Below are positions 51,770 through 59,285 of a DNA stretch of 64,000 bases, one piece after another (the stretch's first letter is position 1; every line of letters starts with the position of its first letter). Origin of the DNA: an uncultured bacterium (GTDB taxonomy: Bacteria; Bacteroidota; Bacteroidia; Chitinophagales; Chitinophagaceae); NCBI GenBank assembly GCA_903834825.1, contig CAILKQ010000039.1:27653-91652 (forward strand). The letters run 5' to 3'. The notes beneath the pieces were generated by a model. It did not search any database, was not told where the DNA came from, and saw nothing but the letters and a program-made list of their open reading frames with translations. The position numbers were made by a program, and so were the translations under genes.

Positions 51770-53650
51770 TTATTTTCTTTGGAATTCGGGTGAGCCAATG
51801 ATGATGCCCACCACATGGGCCACTTGTCCTGAAACAGCAGTTTCCATTGGAGGTGTTTTTTTGTCTTTCCCCTTTCCCATCTTCGGAGTCATCGCATCGC
51901 CCATCATATCCCCGGCACCCAATTTGTCTTCCTCAATACTGGTCGGAGGTTGCGTTGAAGCCAAGGCCTTGTCCAGCCTGGCTTGCAGCGCTTCGTCGCG
52001 CACAAGGGTTGTGAGGCGGCTTATGTTTTCTTTTTGATTTCTTCCAGGCAATAAAATGGCGCTGTAGGTCTGCAGGGCATCTTCCACACTTTCGGGCTCA
52101 TGGTTGTTGTTCAACCCAAGAAGGTTCATGCCAACACCCGGAATGCGCTGTGCTGCAATGGCCAATCCAAAATTCATCCTGTTCAACAATGAGCCGGTGT
52201 TGACCCAAAAAGAAGCCTTATCGGGGAACCCTGTTGGAGCACCATAACTGTAGATCTTCTGCCCCATCCTGGTACACCAATCATTGAGCTGGTAGGCATT
52301 CCGGAGGTCTGCGTTGGTGGCCCTGATGGCACTCACCACCAGTTCAAACGGTGATTTTATTTTGCTGCGCAAGACTTCTTTTTTCCAGAATTCCCTGCTG
52401 TTGAGCATGGCAATCATGGTCTGCTTGATGTCTCCACCTGTTTTGGTGAAGACATCTGCCATGGCGGCAACCAGCGTGGCAGAGGGTGTATCACAAACGA
52501 AGCGTGTCGCAATTTTTTTACAGATGAATGTTGCAGTGGAGGGATGGGTGGCCAACTGGTGCAGCACTTCCAGCCCCTCATTCAAGCCACCATTCGATAG
52601 GTATTTTTTCCCGAGCACGGTTTTCTCCTGCTGGTCGTGGCGAACTGCCAAAAACAGAAAATCACCTTCGGTTGTTGCCATGTTCTTGCCCAGCCTCGAC
52701 TGCTGCATTTTTGCTAACCTTTCACCATATCCATCTTTCATCATCGGCCTAACCGTCCAGCCTGTCAATGCCCTGGCCACCTCGGTTACATCGGCCTGCA
52801 CATACCCACCATCAACACCAAGGGTATGGAGTTCCATCACTTCTCTGGCATAATTTTCATTCAGGCCAGCTGTCTTCTTCAGTTTGCTGTTGGCAGGAAC
52901 CATTTTTTTGATGCGCTGGTTCATTTCATTGTTGTCGCTTCCGCTGCTGGCATTGTCGAGGTAATACAACATGGCAGGATGTTGGGCTGTAGCCTTGAGC
53001 AAGGATTCAAATTTCCCCATCGTATGCGGACGGATGGCATCCCTTTCATACGTAAGCACATAAGGCTGTGACTGACCCTTTGTAACGGATACATTGAAAT
53101 GATTGAACCAGAAATCTGTCATCAGTTCCTGCAACTGGTTTTCACTGTAGACTGCCCGGATCAATTTTTGGGCAACCAGTTGCCTGTTCAGTTCCTGCGG
53201 CAGTTTCAGGCCTTTTTCCTGCATCAGTTTCAACAAGTCTTTCCTGTAATCCGCCTTTTCCAATTTGGCCATGGAATCCTTGCTGAGGGTACCATTTTTT
53301 TGCATCATCCGCACTACCTGACCAGCATTGAGGTAGGTGTTGACAATGGTTTCATTGTCCAGTGCCAATGCATCATAGCCCGATAGTTTTTTTTCAAGTG
53401 CTGCACCAGGGAGTGAGTGTTCCAGTTGTTGTTGCACCCATTTTTCGAGCCCGATGGCCAGTGCTTTTTCTACCTCCCCAGGCCGGGCACCAAAGCTCAG
53501 CCTGCTCAACAAATGTTCTACCGCTTCGCGCTCACTGAGGCCTTCTTTTTTATAAGGCATTTGAAGGCGTTGATCACTGTTGAATTGTTCAACAGTAAAG
53601 GCCAGCGAGATGAAAATAAATATCAATACAATGTATCGCATGGGTATCAA
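51770..53650 (-). CDS. DUF1800 domain protein
   Basis: LLSRLSFGARPGEV, FWFNHFNV, MLYYLDN and ELHTLGVDGGYVQADVTEVARALTGWT are classic DUF1800 blocks. It is paired with DUF1501 9 nt downstream. Confidence 0.85.
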   Translation of the reverse strand: MIPMRYIVLIFIFISLAFTVEQFNSDQRLQMPYKKEGLSEREAVEHLLSRLSFGARPGEVEKALAIGLEKWVQQQLEHSLPGAALEKKLSGYDALALDNETIVNTYLNAGQVVRMMQKNGTLSKDSMAKLEKADYRKDLLKLMQEKGLKLPQELNRQLVAQKLIRAVYSENQLQELMTDFWFNHFNVSVTKGQSQPYVLTYERDAIRPHTMGKFESLLKATAQHPAMLYYLDNASSGSDNNEMNQRIKKMVPANSKLKKTAGLNENYAREVMELHTLGVDGGYVQADVTEVARALTGWTVRPMMKDGYGERLAKMQQSRLGKNMATTEGDFLFLAVRHDQQEKTVLGKKYLSNGGLNEGLEVLHQLATHPSTATFICKKIATRFVCDTPSATLVAAMADVFTKTGGDIKQTMIAMLNSREFWKKEVLRSKIKSPFELVVSAIRATNADLRNAYQLNDWCTRMGQKIYSYGAPTGFPDKASFWVNTGSLLNRMNFGLAIAAQRIPGVGMNLLGLNNNHEPESVEDALQTYSAILLPGRNQKENISRLTTLVRDEALQARLDKALASTQPPTSIEEDKLGAGDMMGDAMTPKMGKGKDKKTPPMETAVSGQVAHVVGIIIGSPEFQRK

Positions 53651-53723
53651 TTGAAATAATAGGACTGAATCAACATTGATTGGTTTAATGTGAAACTACC
53701 ACATAAATTAACTAAATTGGTGC

Positions 53724-54515
53724 ATGCGTTTTTTTCACCTGTTGGTGTTTGCTAATTTTATCTTTTCATTTGGATTTGCCCAAACGCAAATGGAAGTTCC
53801 ATCATCATATAGCATATTCAAAACTGCAACTTCACCAACCATTGATGGTACAATTGAAAGGAAGGAATGGGCCACTGCAAACTGGACATCGAATTTCTCA
53901 GACATACTGGGCAGAAAAAATCCAAAGCCGCCACTGGATACCCGTTGCAAAATGCTCTGGGATGACCAGTACCTCTACATTGCTGCAGAGCTGGTAGAGC
54001 CCGACATCTGGGCTACGCTTGTCAACCGCGATGCCATCGTATACAACGACCTTGACTTCGAAGTTTTTTTAGACCCCAACAATGATGGAGAACAATATGT
54101 TGAAATCGAAATCAATGCCCTGGGAACGGTGATGGACCTCTTCATGAGCAAGCCTTACAAAAAAGGAGGAAGGTTTGATCTTGGATGGAATGCAGAGGGC
54201 ATGAAAACTGCGGTGAAGATCTACGGAACAATCAACAACAATACAGACCGCGATAAAAAATGGACGGTGGAAATGGCCATTCCGTATGAGGCCCTGAAAA
54301 GAGAGGGAAGGATCAGCCATCCAACCAATGGAAGCACCTGGCGCATCAACTTCTCCAGGGTGCAATGGCCCATGGAAAAAGAGGGAACATCGTACAAAAG
54401 AAAACAAGTAGAAGAAGGCAAGAGGCTGCGGGAGTCCAACTGGGTCTGGAGCCCAACAGGTGTAATTGACATGCATGTTCCACAGCAGTGGGGCTTTCTT
54501 CATTTCAAACAGTAA
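53724..54515 (+). CDS. Carbohydrate-binding family 9-like secreted protein
   Basis: Signal MRFFHLLVFANFIFSFGFAQ. PTIDGTIERKEWATANW...LWDDQYLYIAAELVEPDIWA...DFEVFLDP...YVEIEINALGT. Confidence 0.6.
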   Translation: MRFFHLLVFANFIFSFGFAQTQMEVPSSYSIFKTATSPTIDGTIERKEWATANWTSNFSDILGRKNPKPPLDTRCKMLWDDQYLYIAAELVEPDIWATLVNRDAIVYNDLDFEVFLDPNNDGEQYVEIEINALGTVMDLFMSKPYKKGGRFDLGWNAEGMKTAVKIYGTINNNTDRDKKWTVEMAIPYEALKREGRISHPTNGSTWRINFSRVQWPMEKEGTSYKRKQVEEGKRLRESNWVWSPTGVIDMHVPQQWGFLHFKQ

Positions 54516-54525
54516 TTCAAGTGAT

Positions 54526-55602
54526 ATGAACAAAAGAAGATCCTTCATCAAGTCTGGCCTACTGACCGCATCAGCGCCACTTTTGCATCTATCGCTTCCC
54601 ATGCTTTCTATGGCAAGTGAAACATCAAAAAAAGGGAAGCACTGGATCTGGATCAACCCAGACCACAAGCAGGAAGCAGCTGCCATCACCAAAGAATATG
54701 CTGCATTGAAGGATGCGGGAATCAGGGGGATTCTTTTTGAATCCGACAGTGAAAAACATTTCCGTGCAGCCAAACAACTTGGACTTGAAGGGCACAGATG
54801 GAATTGGACCATGAACAATGGGTCAAAAGAATTGCTGGCCAAGCATCCAGAATGGTACGCCGTTTCAAGGGATGGTAAGTCTTGCGCCACCCATCCGCCG
54901 TATGTCGGCTACTACAGGTGGCTTTGCCCCTCCAAACCTGAGGTGATTGCATTCCTCAAAAATGAAGCAGAGAAGATCCTTGCCAAAGACTATATCGATG
55001 GCCTTCACCTTGATTACATTCGGTTCTGCGATGTTGTCTTGCCATTGAACCTCTGGAGCCAGTACAAGGTTGATCAAAGGACCGAGATGGCGGAATACGA
55101 TTTCTGTTATTGTGAAACCTGTCGTGCCAAATTCAAAGCACAGACTGGGAAAGATCCGCTTGAATTTACATACCCCGATGAGGCACTCTCCTGGAGATTG
55201 TTCAGGTACGAAGCCATCAACAATGTTGTCAATACCCTGGCTGAGGTAGCGCAAAAACACAAAAAATGGATCAGTGCAGCTGTATTTCCTACCCCTGAAG
55301 TGGCCAGGCGAAACGTAAGGCAGGATTGGACCAACTGGAACCTGAGTGCTGTTTTCCCGATGATTTACCACGGATTTTACCAGGAGGAAGTAAAATGGAT
55401 AGGTGAAGCAGTAAAGGAAGGCGTGCATTTTCTGAACGGCAAGTTCCCCTTGTATGCTGGAATTTATCTGCCTGATTTCAAAGGCAATATGGAAGACTTG
55501 GCCGCTGGCATGGGTCATGCCATGAAAAACGGTGCAGCCGGCATTTCCCTTTTTGGCAGGCCCTCAAGCGAGGTACTGGCAGTCCTCAAGCAATACCCAT
55601 AG
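54526..55602 (+). CDS. TAT-exported putative glycoside hydrolase-like TIM barrel (GHL10/DUF4015-like, tentative)
   Basis: ATG 54526 gives MNKRRSFIKSGLLTASAPLL. IDGLHLDYIRF and AVFPMIYHGFY resemble GHL10-type families. Assignment is from memory only. Confidence 0.5.
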   Translation: MNKRRSFIKSGLLTASAPLLHLSLPMLSMASETSKKGKHWIWINPDHKQEAAAITKEYAALKDAGIRGILFESDSEKHFRAAKQLGLEGHRWNWTMNNGSKELLAKHPEWYAVSRDGKSCATHPPYVGYYRWLCPSKPEVIAFLKNEAEKILAKDYIDGLHLDYIRFCDVVLPLNLWSQYKVDQRTEMAEYDFCYCETCRAKFKAQTGKDPLEFTYPDEALSWRLFRYEAINNVVNTLAEVAQKHKKWISAAVFPTPEVARRNVRQDWTNWNLSAVFPMIYHGFYQEEVKWIGEAVKEGVHFLNGKFPLYAGIYLPDFKGNMEDLAAGMGHAMKNGAAGISLFGRPSSEVLAVLKQYP

Positions 55603-55605
55603 ATC

Positions 55606-55634
55606 TCCATCAGCGTGATGGATAGGATTTTTTT
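55606..55634 (+). terminator. Intrinsic terminator after the CBM9/GHL10 pair
   Basis: Stem TCCATCA (55606-55612) / TGATGGA (55616-55622), loop GCG, then TAGGATTTTTTTG. Confidence 0.6.
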
Positions 55635-55662
55635 GTAAACCCAATAATATTTTTTAGGTTTG
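55632..55662 (+). promoter_or_regulatory. Bacteroidota-type promoter of the mntR-mntH operon: -33 TTTG (55632-55635), -7 TAGGTTTG (55655-55662)
   Basis: Exact TAnnTTTG match with a 19-nt spacer to TTTG, 18 nt upstream of ATG 55681. Confidence 0.6.
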
Positions 55663-55689
55663 TCTAAACTTTATTTAGACATGCCTAAA
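55653..55689. promoter_or_regulatory. Two inverted 16-bp palindromic boxes (TTTAGG-N4-TCTAAA and TTTAGA-N4-CCTAAA), putative DtxR/MntR operator
   Basis: Box 1 at 55653-55668 overlaps the -7 box. Box 2 at 55674-55689 overlaps the ATG. Box 2 matches the reverse complement of box 1 at 14 of 16 positions. The start-to-start spacing is 21 bp. The half-sites TTAGG/CCTAA match the DtxR/IdeR iron-box half-sites. Confidence 0.55.
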
Positions 55690-56139
55690 TATTCCGTCAG
55701 TGAAGAGAACCATATCAAGGCCATTTTTCATTTGCAAAAAGAGGCAGAGAACGTTTCTACCCAAGAGTTGGCGGAAAAGCTGAATACAAAGCCTGCTTCC
55801 ATCACCGACATGATGAAAAAGCTGAAGGCGAAAAAACTACTGAAATACAAGCCCTATCATGGATTCAGGCTCAGCGAAGTGGGTAACAAGGTCGCCCTGG
55901 GCATTGTGAGGCGACACCGACTCTGGGAATTCTTTCTTTCAGAAAAATTGGGGTTCGCGTGGGACGAGGTTCACGATATTGCAGAAGACCTGGAGCATGT
56001 GAGCAGCAAGAAACTGATCAACAAACTGGATAGTTTTTTAGGATTGCCGAAGTTCGATCCGCATGGAAATCCAATTCCAGACCAGCACGGAAAAATACAA
56101 AAGGATACATTGGCCAGAAAAAATAATGATAAGCCATGA
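55681..56139 (+). CDS. mntR: DtxR/MntR family metal-dependent transcriptional regulator
   Basis: SEENHIKAIFHL, VSTQELAEKLNTKPASITDMMKKLKAKKLL (wHTH), RRHRLWEFFL and DIAEDLEHV are DtxR-family blocks. It overlaps the Nramp gene by 4 bp (ATGA). Confidence 0.7.
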   Translation: MPKYSVSEENHIKAIFHLQKEAENVSTQELAEKLNTKPASITDMMKKLKAKKLLKYKPYHGFRLSEVGNKVALGIVRRHRLWEFFLSEKLGFAWDEVHDIAEDLEHVSSKKLINKLDSFLGLPKFDPHGNPIPDQHGKIQKDTLARKNNDKP

Positions 56140-58016
56140 AACACCTACACGAAGAGTTCACTTCACTGGGTGATGTAAACCAAAGCATTGATACCACCCA
56201 AAAGCGCAAAGGCTGGAGGCGTGTGTTGGCCTTTTTTGGACCAGCCTATCTGGTCAGTGTCGGGTATATGGACCCGGGCAACTGGGCCACAGACCTGGCC
56301 GGGGGAAGCAAGTTCGGATACCAGCTGATATGGGTTTTGTTGATGAGCAACCTCATGGCTTTGTTGCTCCAAAGCCTTTCAGCGAGGTTGGGCATTGTCA
56401 GGGGAAGGGACCTTGCGCAGGCCAACCGGGAAACCTATCCAAGGCCAGTGAACTTTGCTTTTTATCTGCTTGCAGAGGTGGCCATTGCAGCCACTGATCT
56501 TGCTGAAATCCTTGGAATGGCCATTGGTATTCAATTGCTGACGGGCCTTCCACTTATTTGGGGAGTAAGCCTTACCGTTGCAGACACCTTCCTGTTCCTC
56601 TTGCTGCAGCGCTTGGGCATGCGCACCATGGAAGCCTTCATCATTTGCTTGGTAGGTATCATTGGCCTCAGTTTTCTTGCAGAGATGATCATTGCCAAGC
56701 CAGACATGGGTGAAGTGGTGAAAGGATTTATCCCCAGCATCCCCAATGAGGAGGCCCTCTATATTGCCATTGGTATCATTGGCGCAACGGTAATGCCACA
56801 CAATTTATACCTGCATTCAGCCCTTGTACAAACCAGAAAAATAAAAAGGGATCATGCGGGTATTAAACGGGTACTCAAGCTCAATTTCATTGACAGCGCC
56901 ATTGCCCTGAACCTTGCCTTTTTTGTGAACGCCTTCATCCTGATCCTGGCTGCTACTGTTTTTTACACAACAGGCAGGACCGATGTTGCAGAGATCAAGC
57001 AAGCCCATGAACTGCTTGCCCCCATGTTGGGCAGCAACCTTGCGCCAATCTTATTCGCGGTTGCATTGATTGCATCAGGCCAAAGCTCAACGATCACGGG
57101 TACGCTTGCCGGACAAATTGTAATGGAAGGATACCTGCACCTGCGGATTACACCATGGGTGCGCAGGTTACTGACAAGGCTTGTTGCCATCATCCCTGCC
57201 ATTGCGGTGATCCTGATCAACGGCGAAAACAATATTGACAAATTGCTGGTATTCAGCCAGGTTGTATTGAGTTTGCAACTGGGTTTTGCCATCGTTCCCC
57301 TGATTCATTTTACCAGCGACAAGAAAACCATGGGGTCTTTTGCCATCAAGCCCTTTATCATCGTGTTGGCTAGCCTCATCACCCTCGTACTGGTGTATTT
57401 GAACATCAGAATGGTGTATGAGCAGACCATCACTTTTTTTGCTGCTTCTGATTCTGTGTTCTGGAAATCCATGATCATCATCGCAGGTGTTGCCTACATC
57501 AGTTTGCTGCTGATCGCCATTTTCTATCCGCTGATGGGCAAGACCGCCAATGAAAGTGTAAAACTTCACCCTGAGGCAGAAAAATTACACAACATCATCA
57601 TCCCGTCTTATGCCAGGATTGCTGTTGCGCTCGACTTCAGCAAGAATGACCACAAGTTGATTGCACATGCACTGGGCCAAGGAGGGAAGGAAAGCAATTA
57701 CCTGATGATTCATGTTGTAGAGAGCCCTGCCACCAGGATTATTGGAGAGGATGCTGATGACATGGAAACACGAAAGGATCAACAGCGGATGGAAGGCTAT
57801 GTAAAAGAATTAAAGGAGCAGGGTTACAATGTTGTTGGGTTGTTGGGTTTTGATGGAAGGGTAAAAGAAATTGTTCGACTGGTCAAGGATCGGAATGCCG
57901 ACATCCTCATCATCGGCGCACATGGACATACAGGCCTGAAAGATGTAGTGTATGGTGAAACCGTCGAAGCCGTGAGGCATGAATTGAAAATACCTGTGTT
58001 GGTGGTAAACGTGTAA
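56136..58016 (+). CDS. mntH: Nramp-family divalent metal transporter (MntH) fused to a C-terminal universal stress protein (UspA) domain
   Basis: GPAYLVSVGYMDPGNWATDLAGG (DPGN motif) and GATVMPHNLYLHS (MPH motif). After extra TM segments, the last ~140 aa (IAVALDFSKNDHKLI...MIHVVES...ADILIIGAHGHTGLKDVVYGETVEAVRHELKIPVLVV) form a Usp domain with the G-2x-G-9x-G(S/T)-like ATP motif. Confidence 0.85.
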   Translation: MKHLHEEFTSLGDVNQSIDTTQKRKGWRRVLAFFGPAYLVSVGYMDPGNWATDLAGGSKFGYQLIWVLLMSNLMALLLQSLSARLGIVRGRDLAQANRETYPRPVNFAFYLLAEVAIAATDLAEILGMAIGIQLLTGLPLIWGVSLTVADTFLFLLLQRLGMRTMEAFIICLVGIIGLSFLAEMIIAKPDMGEVVKGFIPSIPNEEALYIAIGIIGATVMPHNLYLHSALVQTRKIKRDHAGIKRVLKLNFIDSAIALNLAFFVNAFILILAATVFYTTGRTDVAEIKQAHELLAPMLGSNLAPILFAVALIASGQSSTITGTLAGQIVMEGYLHLRITPWVRRLLTRLVAIIPAIAVILINGENNIDKLLVFSQVVLSLQLGFAIVPLIHFTSDKKTMGSFAIKPFIIVLASLITLVLVYLNIRMVYEQTITFFAASDSVFWKSMIIIAGVAYISLLLIAIFYPLMGKTANESVKLHPEAEKLHNIIIPSYARIAVALDFSKNDHKLIAHALGQGGKESNYLMIHVVESPATRIIGEDADDMETRKDQQRMEGYVKELKEQGYNVVGLLGFDGRVKEIVRLVKDRNADILIIGAHGHTGLKDVVYGETVEAVRHELKIPVLVVNV

Positions 58017-58060
58017 AAACGAACCAAGCTGCACAATAAAACATAATTATATTACCCCAT

Positions 58061-59146
58061 ATGATGCATACAAAATTATTATTGCCTTTTTTGTTGGTGT
58101 CCTGCTCCTTATTTGCACAGGTGAAACGACAGGAAATTGAAGAAAAGGACAGGAAGGCTGTTGTTCAAGACCAATTCATCTACGAAACCGCACCCTTCCC
58201 CGAATGCCATGCATCAACCATTGTTGAAACCCCCAAAGGCCTTGTAGCGGCTTGGTTTGGCGGAAAACGCGAAGGCTTTAAAGACGTGAACATTTACACA
58301 AGCCGGTACGAAAAAGGAAAATGGTCTGCCCCTGCATTGGCAGCGGATGGATTCATCAACGAATCCACGCGCTACGCTTGTTACAATCCCGTTTTGTACA
58401 TGGCTGACAACAAAGAGCTTTTGTTGTTTTATAAAATTGGTCCGAATGTTCAGGCATGGACAGGATGGATGAAACGTTCATCGGATTTGGGCAAAACCTG
58501 GAGCAAGGCAGAAGCATTGCCGGATGGAATCCTGGGGCCGATCCGCAATCAGCCTTATCTCGCCAATGGACTATTGATTTGTCCGTCCAGCACCGAAAAA
58601 GGGGGATGGAAAGTTCATTTTGAATTTACAACGGATAATGGGAGAACCTGGAGCAAGGGCCCAGACTTAAACGATGCCAATCCCATCACCGGCATTCAAC
58701 CAGCAATACTACGACACGATGCATCCACCTTGCAGGCACTCTGCAGGAGCCAGAACAGGACCATCAATGAAACCTGGAGCCACGATAATGGAAGAACCTG
58801 GAGCCCACTCGCACAAACTGAAATGCCCAACAACAATTCTGGCATTGATGCCATCACCCTCAAAGACGGAAGACACCTGTTGGTATACAACAATGTAAAG
58901 CCTCCGGCTTCAGTAAAAGAAGGATGGGGTGGTCGGTCTCCGCTGAATGTTGCCATATCCAATGATGGAAAACATTGGGAGCCTTATGCAATCCTTGAAA
59001 ATGAACCTGGAGTAGAATTTTCATACCCTTTTGTGATTCAAACAAAAGACGGAAAGATTCACATCACCTATACCTGGAAAAGAAAGAAAATAAAGCATGT
59101 TATCTTAACTGCCCCGCCGCCCACTGAACGCCCAACAAAGATTTGA
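58061..59146 (+). CDS. BNR/Asp-box beta-propeller protein, sialidase-like (non-canonical, no RIP motif)
   Basis: Signal MMHTKLLLPFLLVSCSLFAQ. Asp boxes: SSDLGKTW, TTDNGRTW, SHDNGRTW, SNDGKHW. The N-terminal block PECHASTIVE replaces the (F/Y)RIP motif. Confidence 0.7.
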   Translation: MMHTKLLLPFLLVSCSLFAQVKRQEIEEKDRKAVVQDQFIYETAPFPECHASTIVETPKGLVAAWFGGKREGFKDVNIYTSRYEKGKWSAPALAADGFINESTRYACYNPVLYMADNKELLLFYKIGPNVQAWTGWMKRSSDLGKTWSKAEALPDGILGPIRNQPYLANGLLICPSSTEKGGWKVHFEFTTDNGRTWSKGPDLNDANPITGIQPAILRHDASTLQALCRSQNRTINETWSHDNGRTWSPLAQTEMPNNNSGIDAITLKDGRHLLVYNNVKPPASVKEGWGGRSPLNVAISNDGKHWEPYAILENEPGVEFSYPFVIQTKDGKIHITYTWKRKKIKHVILTAPPPTERPTKI

Positions 59147-59285
59147 AGAATTTGGTCTTCAGTTCCGCCAGTTTTTGTTGGGTTTCCAGCAACTTTATTT
59201 CCCTGGTATTGACAAGAAACATGCTGCTTTCACCAATGGAAAATTTTGATTCTTCTGCCTTAAGCAAAAGCTTCAACTGATCAAT
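59100..59285 (-). pseudogene. Possible 3-prime relic of a TolC-family outer-membrane efflux gene
   Basis: The minus-strand frame reads IDQLKLLLKAEESKFSIGESSMFLVNTREIKLLETQQKLAELKTKFFKSLLGVQWAAGQLR*. This resembles the C-terminal helix-turn of Bacteroidota TolC-like proteins (G.SS.FLVN.RE...L......L.....Y....L.WA.G.L). There is no plausible N-terminal continuation. Confidence 0.3.

Noticed and set aside
54069-54890. 273-aa minus-strand ORF (and 54865..55518, 217 aa)
   Set aside because: Both are antisense to the CBM9-like and TAT-signal hydrolase-like genes, which have signal peptides and family motifs. The translations look random and Cys/Ser/Leu-rich.
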